From Nostoc sp. DedSLP01 (GTDB lineage: Bacteria > Cyanobacteriota > Cyanobacteriia > Cyanobacteriales > Nostocaceae), in NCBI GenBank assembly GCA_034530875.2, contig JAVRCJ020000007.1:1-64000 (forward strand): a stretch of 64,000 nucleotides of DNA, read 5' to 3'. A program made the translations under genes and the position numbers. Positions within the stretch are counted from its first letter, which is position 1, and every line of letters begins with the position of its first letter. A model generated the notes under the pieces. The model was not told the origin of the DNA and did not search any database. It saw only the letters and a program-made list of their open reading frames with translations. This document shows, piece by piece, positions 31,331 to 41,594 of the stretch.

Positions 31331-32359
31331 ATGCTTTTTAGAACTATTGTTTCACCCACTGTATTCAATGGAGTGCCTGAAGATGTTTCAGCACAAAAAT
31401 CATTTTGTAATACAAATATTCAATTGTTATACGATTTGACAGAAAATTGTGTGGTTCTTTTAGATAGTGATAAATCTATATCGCAGGCAATTATTGACGC
31501 TATAGAACAATGGCCAGTTAAATTTAGAAAACCAGCAAAAGAATTAATAAAGGAACTGAGAAATAAAAATCGTTTAGTCGTAGCACCAAAAGAATATACA
31601 GTATGTTCATATTGCAATATTGACTATTGTCAGCAGTGTATTGGTATTGCCTTAACTTGTTCCCCCAATGCTATTTTTACAACTGAAGATTGTTGTCAGT
31701 GTGTTAAGAATCAAAGTTTACCAATTCGACCAATTGATACTGCCGAATACTCAATATCAAAATTTTTTCAACACAGAAGGCAAATTTCACCACTGACACT
31801 AAATAATAGAGAATGGAATCAAGAACAATTTGAAGATAGAATATTAATACCTTTATTCAGAGATGCTAAACATATTAAAATCTATGACCGGATGATTGGA
31901 CGAGCAACAAATAACTTTATTCCTGAACATTATAAAAATACTTTAGAATGGGTTTTTGATATTTTTTTACAAGAATCATCATCTCGAACTGGACGGATTT
32001 TTGAGGTATATAGCGGTCTAGATATTAGATATTTATCTCATCAGGAAATAACTGATATCAAGAATTTGCTACGCCAGTTTGAGGCTGATATGAAACGAAG
32101 ATATAGCTTTGATTTTACGCTAAAACTCAAAGAAGAGTCTGGACGTGAGCAAGAGATGCCTCATGCTAGATACTTGATTACAGATCAGATAGGAGTCTTG
32201 ATCGAACGTGGATTTGATCTACTGTGGACTGATCAACAGATGAGAGACAATGGGCTTAATCCCAGTAACGATAATCGTCCTATTCGGGATGTAACCATTT
32301 CTAGGATTTCAGAACCTAATAAAATCGAGACAGCAGTACGGAGATTGCCAGATTTGTAA
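31331..32359 (+). CDS. Hypothetical protein with Cys-rich segment and probable PLD-like (MIT_C-type) C-terminal domain
   Basis: ATG 1 nt after the ATPase stop; IKIYDRMIG, VYSG, PHARYLITD...ERGFD motifs; CSYC..YCQQC..CCQC. Confidence 0.55.
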   Translation: MLFRTIVSPTVFNGVPEDVSAQKSFCNTNIQLLYDLTENCVVLLDSDKSISQAIIDAIEQWPVKFRKPAKELIKELRNKNRLVVAPKEYTVCSYCNIDYCQQCIGIALTCSPNAIFTTEDCCQCVKNQSLPIRPIDTAEYSISKFFQHRRQISPLTLNNREWNQEQFEDRILIPLFRDAKHIKIYDRMIGRATNNFIPEHYKNTLEWVFDIFLQESSSRTGRIFEVYSGLDIRYLSHQEITDIKNLLRQFEADMKRRYSFDFTLKLKEESGREQEMPHARYLITDQIGVLIERGFDLLWTDQQMRDNGLNPSNDNRPIRDVTISRISEPNKIETAVRRLPDL

Positions 32360-32397
32360 TAGTTAGGATATCAATGTCATTGATAAATATCTAGGTA

Positions 32398-33000
32398 CTA
32401 TGAGCCTAAATTGTTAATTAATTCTTCTATTGCTAAATTCTTTGTATCTTCAGGTAGATAATCAAAGACTTTTTTCAAAAGTTCTGAGGACGCATTTTGA
32501 GCAAACCAGTCCTCACTAGGATTTTCTTGAATATTCAAAAAATACTTTAACCGTTCTTCTACAGCATCTTTATCTGCTTTATCTAATTGTCCAATTCTAT
32601 CTAACCAATTGGCTGATGAATCTTTGAAGCAATTAGCATCAACAGTACAGATTTGATGAACTAAAGCGTAGGAATTTTTATCAAGACCATTTCTACTTGT
32701 AGAGTTAATTGGATATGTGGTTGGTAAACCGTTAAATGTTGTTTGTGAAGTCAGAGGGATCGCGGAAAAGGTTGCTATATATCCAGATTTATCTTGAAAT
32801 TCATCACCTGTCCAAATGATATAAGGATGTAGTCCTCTGAAAACCCTGCTTGAATTAATATTCTCAGTGCAAGTTTGACACTCTACTTCACCTGGCTCAT
32901 CTAAATTATAAATATGGACATGACCCAGTTTGCAACGAAGAGATACCCTATAGGGATTTATGGAATAGATCCAACCTTGTCTAGGTCTTTGTCCAGCCAC
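32398..33000 (-). CDS. PemK/MazF-like toxin with a Zn-ribbon-like insertion
   Basis: PRQGWIY, HPYII, AIPLTS, NGLDKNSYALVHQICTVD; insert CKLGH...CQTC. Confidence 0.65.
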   Translation of the reverse strand: MAGQRPRQGWIYSINPYRVSLRCKLGHVHIYNLDEPGEVECQTCTENINSSRVFRGLHPYIIWTGDEFQDKSGYIATFSAIPLTSQTTFNGLPTTYPINSTSRNGLDKNSYALVHQICTVDANCFKDSSANWLDRIGQLDKADKDAVEERLKYFLNIQENPSEDWFAQNASSELLKKVFDYLPEDTKNLAIEELINNLGS

Positions 33001-33001
33001 T

Positions 33002-33481
33002 TTACAATCCTAATTCACTGACTAATTTTTCTCTTTCTGCTTGTAAGTTAAGTCTAGCTTTATCTTCTGGTCGATGGGTATTTTTTGCTTCCACCATTGG
33101 AGCAGTGCTATATACATAATCTAGTAACTCATTCAGTTTATCTGAGCCAGCCCACTCTCTGCGAATATTATCTAGCACAAACTTAATACTGAGAGGTATT
33201 TCCAAATCATCTGCCTGAGCAGCTTGATTCAAAGGTCTAATATATGTTGCATTATACTGAGATTCTTGAATAATCTCTTTTCCATTCATTTGATTTAAAG
33301 CAACATCTATACCCTCATTCCAAGGGCCAAATTGATAATAACACCAATCTAGATCGGTCAGCTGCTTTCCCGTCCATTTAACAGAGTAAAGATCCGCTAA
33401 ATACAAAAATTTGATTAACTGTGTTTTTGTAATATACCCTTTTGTCGCGTAGACAAAATATTTTATGAGTTTATCCAACAT
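33002..33481 (-). CDS. Panacea (DUF4065/SocA-like) antitoxin
   Basis: TKTQLIKFLYLAD...YYQFGPW; L..YVYST.P; directly upstream of the toxin. Confidence 0.72.
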   Translation of the reverse strand: MLDKLIKYFVYATKGYITKTQLIKFLYLADLYSVKWTGKQLTDLDWCYYQFGPWNEGIDVALNQMNGKEIIQESQYNATYIRPLNQAAQADDLEIPLSIKFVLDNIRREWAGSDKLNELLDYVYSTAPMVEAKNTHRPEDKARLNLQAEREKLVSELGL

Positions 33482-33741
33482 AACCCTTCTCTCTGCTGAC
33501 AATCATAAAATACTTGTATGAACTAACACATATAGATAGATACAGGTATTTAAAAGTATTTTTATTCAAAGCTTTATAGAGAGTTTTAATAAGTTTAGAT
33601 CGCTTAATTATAGTTGTTTTTATCCAACTCCTGACACTTTTTTTGCTTACAGCTAGCTAAAACTAGTTTATATGTACTAGTATATAGTATGGAATTGATG
33701 TGAATACATAATTTTTGACTAAAATTTAATGTGTTGTTATC

Positions 33742-33909
33742 TCATGGGGGTGTCCCGTTTGGCTGAATAACCTTTTGCCACTTTACCATTTCCGTGAACG
33801 GCAGAAAGCGCCTTTAACACCAATCATCCACCCACAACACCGGAATTTTGAATCTAGCACCACAGTTTGGACATTCTGACGACAGTAAGCTTAATTTGTT
33901 GCGATCGCA
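33742..33909 (-). pseudogene. tniQ: 3' fragment of a second, dead tniQ
   Basis: Translates CDRNKLSLLSSECPNCGARFKIPVLWVDDWC*RRFLPFTEMVKWQK versus intact TniQ CASHKLSLLSECPNCGARFKIPALWVDGWCQRCFMTFAEMANSQK. Confidence 0.88.
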
Positions 33910-34069
33910 TTTTATAAGAGTTATCAAATACTTTTTTCCCAGTTTGGTGTGGTTTTATCGTAGAAACCACCAGCGTTCAGCTCATACATTACCGTAAGCT
34001 GCTTGTTTAAACAGAGATAAGGAAGACGAATTCATGGAGCGATCGCACCAAAAGTTTGAGTGAGAGAGG

Positions 34070-35221
34070 CTATTGTTGCTGTAGACTTTCTATTTGCTGC
34101 TTTAAAAAATCGACACGTCTACTATCACCTAACAAAGTGTATCCATCCTTAGCTTGTGAATACCAACTTATAACCTGCTTATTATCGTCTATTGCAGCAT
34201 AAACATCCCCTAAAGCGAATTGGGCTAATATTTTCTCTTCTAAATCTTCATCACTTTTGGCAAGTTTGATTGCTGCCAAATAGTTGTCTATTGCTTTTTG
34301 AGCTAATCCAGTTTGCCAGTAAATATCTCCCAAGGAGCGATAAATGATTGTTGATCGCTTACCTGTTTTTACTAAAGTTTCTAAGGTTGCGATCGCTTCT
34401 GCACTCAAGTTATAGCTTTTGAAAGTATCAGCAGTTAAACCATAGGCTGGAATTGCATCTTGCGGTAAAGTGTAGCGGCTATAAACATTTGCCAGCATTA
34501 GAGCAGTTACTTGTTCATTTAATCCTAATTTAGTTATTTTAGTTACTTCAGATTGGATAGCTGCTGCCTCAGATTTACGTAGCACTCTAAAATCGAGGTT
34601 AGAAGTGCCTTCGTCCTGAGATGTTTTGCCAGTATTGGCTTTAATAACTAATGAATAGTTTGTTCCTGATTGTAATCGAGGTAAGCCAGGATAAACTACA
34701 GAATTGTTTTTGACTTGCTTTTGCCACACTACTCCTGTGGGACTCTGCAAAGTTACCGTATATTGCGTAGCTTTAGGTATAGCATTCCAACGGAAAGTAG
34801 GAGTGCTGCTTAAAAGTAGTGTATGGCGAGGAGTAATTAAATAGGGAATCAGTGGATTAGTGCCGCCTAGAGTCCCAGCAGGTGGAGGTGCTTTAGAGAT
34901 GATTGCTTGCCAAACAGGACAGATTGTTTTTAAACCTGATGGCACACCTATGGGAACAAATGGTTTGGAGAGATTAGGACAAACGACTCTCACCCTGACA
35001 CCTTTATCAGGTTTAATCTGATCTCCTTGATTTAATTCTGTTCCTATGGAAACAGGACGAAAATTTGACCAATCAGGGCGCTTGAGGAATACTTTACCTG
35101 TTGAGGAGTCAATTCTCGCTGAGTAGATGGTTGGTTGAACTTGGGCAATTGTAGTTTTTGCCATCCCCAACACTACTGCCCCTAATACCAATATTTTGCC
35201 AGTTAGATTCAATCCAATCAT
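34070..35221 (-). CDS. Exported protein: signal peptide, beta-rich FecR/Ig-like region, C-terminal TPR
   Basis: KILVLGAVVLGMAKTTIA/QVQ; PTFRWNAIPKATQYTVTL; LGDIYWQTG..KAIDNYLAA; ATGA overlap with upstream gene. Confidence 0.6.
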   Translation of the reverse strand: MIGLNLTGKILVLGAVVLGMAKTTIAQVQPTIYSARIDSSTGKVFLKRPDWSNFRPVSIGTELNQGDQIKPDKGVRVRVVCPNLSKPFVPIGVPSGLKTICPVWQAIISKAPPPAGTLGGTNPLIPYLITPRHTLLLSSTPTFRWNAIPKATQYTVTLQSPTGVVWQKQVKNNSVVYPGLPRLQSGTNYSLVIKANTGKTSQDEGTSNLDFRVLRKSEAAAIQSEVTKITKLGLNEQVTALMLANVYSRYTLPQDAIPAYGLTADTFKSYNLSAEAIATLETLVKTGKRSTIIYRSLGDIYWQTGLAQKAIDNYLAAIKLAKSDEDLEEKILAQFALGDVYAAIDDNKQVISWYSQAKDGYTLLGDSRRVDFLKQQIESLQQQ

Positions 35222-36525
35222 TTCCCATTTTCCTGTTCTGCTAAACGTTTTTGGGCAGTAATAACCCAACTATCTTCATCAGGACTAGAAGCAATATTGG
35301 CATATTGAATACAAGTTTCCCATTCTTTGAGAGCGCTTTTTTTATCTTTTTGCGCTTCCATTACCTGCGCTAATAGACAGTGGGGAGCAGCAATATTTTT
35401 TGTTAATTTGGCGGATTGTTGTAAGTCAATTGCTTCTAGTAATTTTGCTTCTGCATCAGGATAATGGCTTTGCATGAGTCTTGCCCAACCGAGATTTTTC
35501 AATAAAGCGTGTTTAGTCTCTGCGCTAGGCTTTAACTTCTGTTCATCAGCCAATGTTTTTAACAACAGATTAGCCGCAGCCGGATAGTTTTTATTAAGGA
35601 TGTAAAGACGAGAAAGATTATTGATGGCATCGGGAATATTATCTTGTGCCGCAATTTGGTATTCGGTACGTGCAAGATCGAGTTTTTGGAATTCTTCGTA
35701 GAGTAAACCTAACCGAAAGTGGGCTAGGGTATCATCAGGGTTGAGTTTAATTGCTCGTTGATAATTCTCTTCAGCACTTCCCCAGTCACCTTCGTTGTAG
35801 TTGTTGAAGCCCCATTTATTGTACTGGGTGGCAATTTGGGGCAGAGATAACCGCAAGCCTAATAATCCAATTACTAATAAGAATGAAAAACCTGCACTAA
35901 TCTCATGCCAGAATTGCTCTGGTATTTTCAACCTTTTAAGAGTGTGTTTGTAGGCTTCTTGTCCTGCTAGAGTCAGTGCGCCACCAGCAGTTAGCAAGGT
36001 CAAAATGCTTTGTGTACTGACTGCCAGTGCGCCTAGTGTATCAGGCCCACCTGTAAGGAAACGAGATGAAATGTCTCCGACTAAACCAAGAGAAATAGTT
36101 AGCGAAGATATAGAAACGGCACTCCAAAACCAATCAAACTGATCCCAAAATTGATGAGGCTTTCTTTCAGGTGGTAATGACCACCACCACGCTTCTTTGG
36201 GAGGATTGAAGCTGGTTTGCCAATCAACAGTTTTGCAGATGGTGCCGATCGCCTGTGCATTATCTTTAAGTATTTTATCTAATTGGGCGATCGCTGCTAA
36301 ACTCTCTCCAGATGTCTGCGTTGTATCTGCCAGTGCTGCCTGTACTTCGTCTCGCGCTGCGAATACTTCTAAAACCTGCGTAGATGTAAGTTCTGCCTGG
36401 TTTGTTGGTTTAGCCGCATCCTCGACAAGATGCTTAGGATCTGTGGCTGCATCAATAGGAGTCTGAAGTTGTTCAATAGCTTTTTGATAACGTTTTATTG
36501 CCACTTGCAAGCGAGAATCAGTCAT
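35218..36525 (-). CDS. Membrane protein with about 3 TM helices and C-terminal TPRs
   Basis: Hydrophobic segments in the middle third; AEENYQRAIKLNPDD..AHFRLGLLYE, NLGWARL. Confidence 0.7.
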   Translation of the reverse strand: MTDSRLQVAIKRYQKAIEQLQTPIDAATDPKHLVEDAAKPTNQAELTSTQVLEVFAARDEVQAALADTTQTSGESLAAIAQLDKILKDNAQAIGTICKTVDWQTSFNPPKEAWWWSLPPERKPHQFWDQFDWFWSAVSISSLTISLGLVGDISSRFLTGGPDTLGALAVSTQSILTLLTAGGALTLAGQEAYKHTLKRLKIPEQFWHEISAGFSFLLVIGLLGLRLSLPQIATQYNKWGFNNYNEGDWGSAEENYQRAIKLNPDDTLAHFRLGLLYEEFQKLDLARTEYQIAAQDNIPDAINNLSRLYILNKNYPAAANLLLKTLADEQKLKPSAETKHALLKNLGWARLMQSHYPDAEAKLLEAIDLQQSAKLTKNIAAPHCLLAQVMEAQKDKKSALKEWETCIQYANIASSPDEDSWVITAQKRLAEQENGK

Positions 36526-36551
36526 AAGCAGATAAAAAGAAAGATTGTAAT

Positions 36552-39035
36552 TTATTTTGCTTCACCAATAAGCGTAAATCCTGCCCAATCTTTGGGGCTA
36601 GGATGATTTTCCCTAGTTTTGAGCATTGCTTCACGTAATGCTTGGGCTTTGTCGAGTTTGCCAGAAAGCCAGTTGCGGTAAAACTCTGTCATCAATTCAG
36701 CAGTAGGCGCATCGGGTACCGACCACAGGGAGACAATCACACTGGGTGTCCCAGCAGTAATTAAGGAACGGGATAGACCAATTACACCATCACCAGTGAT
36801 GCGACCGCGACCAGTATCACAAGCGCTCAAGACAATTAACTCTGCATTGAGTTTCAAGTCTAAAATTTCGTTAGCAGTCAGTAAGCCATCGTTAGGTTCG
36901 CCATTACCAGATGGTGCAAGAGCGATCGCTCCTGGTACACCTAATCCGATAAAGTCATCTAGTAACCCATGTGTTGCTAAATGAATAATTCGTGCTTTGG
37001 GTAAAAGTGGCAAGATAGCGGATTTTTTTGCTTTATTGCCTGTAATAGCTTTAGTTTCTAAAATCTGTGCGATCGCTTTTGCTTCCGCTTCAGCACCAGC
37101 TAATGGGAGCAATTGCTGTGCGGGTTCTCCAATTGAGGGCGAAACTTTAGGCATCGTAGGATTTCCTAGCACCAAGGCACTACCAGGAGATGCCTTACTT
37201 ATCCTTTGTCGCTGCTGTGCGGTCAAACTTAGGGTCTGAATTGAGGGTGCGCTCGCTACAGTATATTTTTCAATCAGAAACTTACCTTTAGCATCACGCA
37301 GTGCAGCAAAAGGAACTAGAAAAAGAGAGCCTTGAGGAATAAAAATTATCTTACTTTCTTGATCTTGAGGTAGTAATTTATCTTTAGCAATCGGTTCAAT
37401 CAGAATTTGGTAGAGTTGCTGCAACTTTTCTTGCTGGGATGGTTCATCCACAGGGATTGTCTCAATTGATAGACTACGACCCCCTACTCCTATTGATTGA
37501 CGGGTACTAGCAATTAAATCTTCTAGTACAATCTTTGGAAACTGCCGCCTTAAGTCAACTTGACGCAAAAAAACTTCACCTGTTGGTTTCACTACCCAAA
37601 TATAGAGTTGCGATTCGCGCCATTGTTTTTTTCCTTCAATCTTGAATTCTTCATTTATTATTGAGTATTCAACAAGAATGGCATTTTGTTCTTCAGCAAT
37701 TTGTTTAAGCTGGTTGATGGTGGGTTTTAGTTGAATCTGCGTTTTTTGTTTTTCAGCTAATAACTCTGCAAATGCACGAGCGCGACCGCGTTCCGAAATT
37801 TCTAAGGCTGGATTGGTTTTGTTTTCAGCAATTAGAGCCTGTTGTAAAAAGATATATGTACCTCTTTCTGTATCAATAAGTGAGACTTTATCTATGTCTT
37901 TTAATCCTGGTCGTAGAGATTCATAAATTTCAATTGCAGCACGTAGTTTTTCTCTTGCTTCTGCATATTTACCGATTTTAAGGAAAATGTAACCCATATT
38001 TGTGAGAGTATTTCCTTCCCCAGCTTTGTCGCCAGCTTTTTTACGAATTGCTAGAGCTTGAGTATAAAACTCCAAGGCTTTAGGATATTGCTCCAAACCG
38101 TTATAAGCTAGTCCAATATTATTGAGAGCTATCCCTTCTCCAGCTTTATCACCAATTTGTTGAACAACTGCTAATGCTTGAGTATGGGACTCCAAGGCTT
38201 TAGGATATTGCTCCCAATCGTTGTAAACTAACCCAATATTACTGAGAGTTGCTGCTTCCCCTGCTTTATCAGAAATTTGTCTAACAACTGCTAGTGCTTG
38301 AGTATGAAACTGCAAAGCTTTGGGATATTGTCCCACAATGCGGTAAATTACTCCTATATTATCGAGAGTTGCTCCTTCCCCCGCTTTGTCAGGAATTTGT
38401 TTAGCAATCGCTAAAGCTTTATTATAGGAGTCCAATGCTTTGGAGTACTGTCCCAATTTGCGATAAGTTATTCCAATATTGCTGAGAGTAGCTCCTTCTC
38501 CAGGTTTATAACTAATTTGTTGAAAAACTGTTAAAGCTTGAGAATAGTTACTCAAGGCTTCCGAGAATTGTCCCAAGCTACTGTAAGCAAACCCGATATT
38601 GTTGAAACTAGCTCCTTGCCTTGGTTTATCATCAATTTGTTTAAAAATCGCTAAAGCTTGGGTATGGCTGTTCAGGGCTTTGGGGTATTCTCCCAATCCT
38701 TTGTACACTTCTCCAATATTGTTGAGAGTAGCCCCTTCACCTTGACGCTCTCCAATTTCTTTACAAATTAGCAAAGCTTGTTCAAGTGTCTCCAATGCTT
38801 CTTGAAACCGACCTTTTCTTAACCGATCAACACCTACCTGGTTTAGCCGCAACGCTTCTTTTTTTCGTTCGTTTCTGGTTTGCGCGATCGCAACTTCCCG
38901 ACTTTCAGTCACAACCAACACAGGCAAAGTTAGCATACTGAATAGCAGCCAGAGATTAGTAACTTGAAATACAAAAATATTCGCATTTTTAGAGAAGGGT
39001 AGACGGTTAGACATGGGTAAGTGACCTAATAGCAA
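36552..39035 (-). CDS. TPR-CHAT protease (probably exported)
   Basis: 40-aa TPR repeats; CHAT dyad IHLATHG / VLSACDTG; WAGFTLIG; start uncertain. Confidence 0.9.
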   Translation of the reverse strand: MLLGHLPMSNRLPFSKNANIFVFQVTNLWLLFSMLTLPVLVVTESREVAIAQTRNERKKEALRLNQVGVDRLRKGRFQEALETLEQALLICKEIGERQGEGATLNNIGEVYKGLGEYPKALNSHTQALAIFKQIDDKPRQGASFNNIGFAYSSLGQFSEALSNYSQALTVFQQISYKPGEGATLSNIGITYRKLGQYSKALDSYNKALAIAKQIPDKAGEGATLDNIGVIYRIVGQYPKALQFHTQALAVVRQISDKAGEAATLSNIGLVYNDWEQYPKALESHTQALAVVQQIGDKAGEGIALNNIGLAYNGLEQYPKALEFYTQALAIRKKAGDKAGEGNTLTNMGYIFLKIGKYAEAREKLRAAIEIYESLRPGLKDIDKVSLIDTERGTYIFLQQALIAENKTNPALEISERGRARAFAELLAEKQKTQIQLKPTINQLKQIAEEQNAILVEYSIINEEFKIEGKKQWRESQLYIWVVKPTGEVFLRQVDLRRQFPKIVLEDLIASTRQSIGVGGRSLSIETIPVDEPSQQEKLQQLYQILIEPIAKDKLLPQDQESKIIFIPQGSLFLVPFAALRDAKGKFLIEKYTVASAPSIQTLSLTAQQRQRISKASPGSALVLGNPTMPKVSPSIGEPAQQLLPLAGAEAEAKAIAQILETKAITGNKAKKSAILPLLPKARIIHLATHGLLDDFIGLGVPGAIALAPSGNGEPNDGLLTANEILDLKLNAELIVLSACDTGRGRITGDGVIGLSRSLITAGTPSVIVSLWSVPDAPTAELMTEFYRNWLSGKLDKAQALREAMLKTRENHPSPKDWAGFTLIGEAK

Positions 39036-39049
39036 GAGTTCTTATATAG

Positions 39050-41338
39050 TTATGCAATTACCTCAAAGGTGATAGACAGTGCAGCCATTTGCCGTGTGTC
39101 TATCTGACGAATACCTGGAACAGAAACAGTCCCATTACGACGGCTACCCTCGTCTAAATCATCTAGCAAATTTGCGATCGCCTCTGCTGGCTCTTGATTC
39201 AATTCAACTGGTAATCCTCTTCTATCTTCGGGTTTCTCGGCTGCTAAAGTCTGTAGTAACTGAATGGCTTTTGTCAACGGTGTTGTACTGGCAATTACTA
39301 ATACTTCTGCTGTCCCCGGATCTTTGCCAATTTTGAATTTATACTTTTCTCCCCGATCGCGATCGGGTATTTGAACCTCCTGTTTGGCTGGAATTGATGC
39401 AACATCTTCATTACCTGGTAACGGCGAGAGGACTGTTAATTCCCCATCGACACTAATCAACAACACACCAATATAAAGTTCACGCGCTTCATTATTCGCT
39501 ACCAAAAATTGCACCTCGGTTCCTGGTTGCATTTTCTGAGCATTAGATGTCTGAGGTGCTGTCCCTCTCGTTCTGCTAGGGATTGTTACTGTTCCTCCCC
39601 GCACAGTGAATGATTCTGCCACAATCTGACTACCATCTACTTTTTGCATTGCTGCGGATACTGCAAGCTTTGATGAAGTGGTATTCAATGTCAGCTTGAC
39701 AATTCTGGCTGCTAGCAAAGATTTGAGTTTGGGTTGCAATCGTTTGACTGCATCGGTTATTTTTTCTTCTGGGACTCCAGTCGAACTAGGAATCAAATCT
39801 TGTGCTGGGGAAAATAAAGCAATGCTACCGACTTGGGGCAAGTTTTTCACCTTCAGCTTTTGCAATTGCTCATAATAAGATTTGGTGATTCGACCCAGGA
39901 TATATTGCACTTCTTGTTTTGACAACAACACTGGTTGAATGCGTTTGATAGATTGAAGTGCTTGCTTTGCTTGTTCTATCTCCTTTCTCAGCGATGGATC
40001 GAGTCCAATGTCGAGAGTGAGGTTAGTAGGAATTGCCCGCGATCGCTCTTGTAATAATGTACCAGTTCCGATTGCTCCTCTAGTTGTTGTCTGGATCAGT
40101 TTGCCTTGTGCTTTTAATTGTTGTCGTGACTCAATCTGTATTTGCCCTTGTTCTTGCCCTTGACTATCAACTACTGTAAAAGTTGCACCTCTACCAAAGG
40201 CTTTTAAACTCCGAGGATCTATCCCGCCTAAAAATAAATCAATTTGATTTCCTTGTACTTTGGTAACTACTGCTTCGGCTGGTGTGTTTTTTCGATTCGT
40301 AAAGTAAACTATTTGTTTATCGTTATTACTTCCCTGTTTGACGTTAAATTCTGGTTGTTGCACAATGCCGGATGTCGGAAAGTATTCTTGGAGGATTTTT
40401 TCGGTTGTGGCGATCGTACTTAGCATCACTCGATCGACTGACTCAGAACTTGTTTGTTGCCAAAGATAGCGGGTTAGTATATAAGTGAAGATGCCACACG
40501 GTGTATCAGCAAAACGTGTATCAATAGCTGACTGGTCTAGTTTTGCAGCAGCAAGCATGACTCCTTTCGGTACACCTTGTTGACGCAATTTCACAAAATC
40601 TGAATTGCTGAGATTCAACCGAGACATTAATTGTTTTTGATATTCCTGTTCTTCAGTACTTGCTAAAAGTTGGATTTTCGAGTTTGTAATCCGCAAAAGT
40701 TCTTGGTCGCCAGGACGCGATCGCACTGTCAAAATTCCTTTTCTTGCGCCACCTGAGTAACAGCTATCCAGCACAAAGGTGACATTTTCTGTATTGATGG
40801 CTTGCATTAATAACCACAGAGTATGCCCAGTAATATCATCTACTTTGCCTCCTTTATTGGGATATCCGGGTGGGAGGTAACTGTTGATGGGTACAATTGT
40901 GCTGACTCGTCCATCTTCAAAAATTTTATCTGGGTCGGCAACTTGAGAACCGTGCCCAGAGTAGTGAAATACAACGACATCTCCAGGTTGTGCCCACTTA
41001 ATTAGATGTTCTTCAAAGGCTTGTAAGATATTTTCACGGGTTGCCTCTTTGTCGTGTAGTATGCAGATGTTATCAGATTGAAAGCCAAAAAGATTAATTA
41101 AAAGTTCTTTCTGAATTTGAGTATCATTGACTGCCCCTTCCAGTGGATACCATTGAAAATCATTTACTTTTAGGTAATCATTAATCCCTACTAACAAAGC
41201 CCTTTTGCGTGGGGTATTTTGGGCTAAAACTTGAGCATAGCGAACAGCTTGTTGCTCAATTTCTAATTGGCTAATACCAAGAGTGGCTAAAACCGAACCA
41301 GCGAACTGCAAAAACTGACGACGCTTGATAAATGACAT
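39050..41338 (-). CDS. Caspase-like (peptidase C14) protease with Tat signal and C-terminal DUF4384-like domain
   Basis: KRRQFLQ twin-arginine motif, RALLVGINDY, HYSGHGS, LDSCYSG; GGAGG RBS before MSFIK. Confidence 0.88.
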   Translation of the reverse strand: MSFIKRRQFLQFAGSVLATLGISQLEIEQQAVRYAQVLAQNTPRKRALLVGINDYLKVNDFQWYPLEGAVNDTQIQKELLINLFGFQSDNICILHDKEATRENILQAFEEHLIKWAQPGDVVVFHYSGHGSQVADPDKIFEDGRVSTIVPINSYLPPGYPNKGGKVDDITGHTLWLLMQAINTENVTFVLDSCYSGGARKGILTVRSRPGDQELLRITNSKIQLLASTEEQEYQKQLMSRLNLSNSDFVKLRQQGVPKGVMLAAAKLDQSAIDTRFADTPCGIFTYILTRYLWQQTSSESVDRVMLSTIATTEKILQEYFPTSGIVQQPEFNVKQGSNNDKQIVYFTNRKNTPAEAVVTKVQGNQIDLFLGGIDPRSLKAFGRGATFTVVDSQGQEQGQIQIESRQQLKAQGKLIQTTTRGAIGTGTLLQERSRAIPTNLTLDIGLDPSLRKEIEQAKQALQSIKRIQPVLLSKQEVQYILGRITKSYYEQLQKLKVKNLPQVGSIALFSPAQDLIPSSTGVPEEKITDAVKRLQPKLKSLLAARIVKLTLNTTSSKLAVSAAMQKVDGSQIVAESFTVRGGTVTIPSRTRGTAPQTSNAQKMQPGTEVQFLVANNEARELYIGVLLISVDGELTVLSPLPGNEDVASIPAKQEVQIPDRDRGEKYKFKIGKDPGTAEVLVIASTTPLTKAIQLLQTLAAEKPEDRRGLPVELNQEPAEAIANLLDDLDEGSRRNGTVSVPGIRQIDTRQMAALSITFEVIA

Positions 41339-41594
41339 AGCCTCCTGTTTTTTCCACATACCCTTCAGCAGATAAATTTTGATTTGCTGATGAGGATCAT
41401 CAGCTATATAAACGTATTAATGCAGAAATTCCAAGAAAATGGAGTATATTGCAATAATTTTTACTATTGAGGGTAAAACAAAGATTACAATCCATTGGCA
41501 GTATGTGTAGGCGAACAAAGCCGCCATTATATTGGCCAAAAAATTGATAAAACTACGCTGTCTAGAGTCTTCAATTTTGCACAGGTTTTAGATA

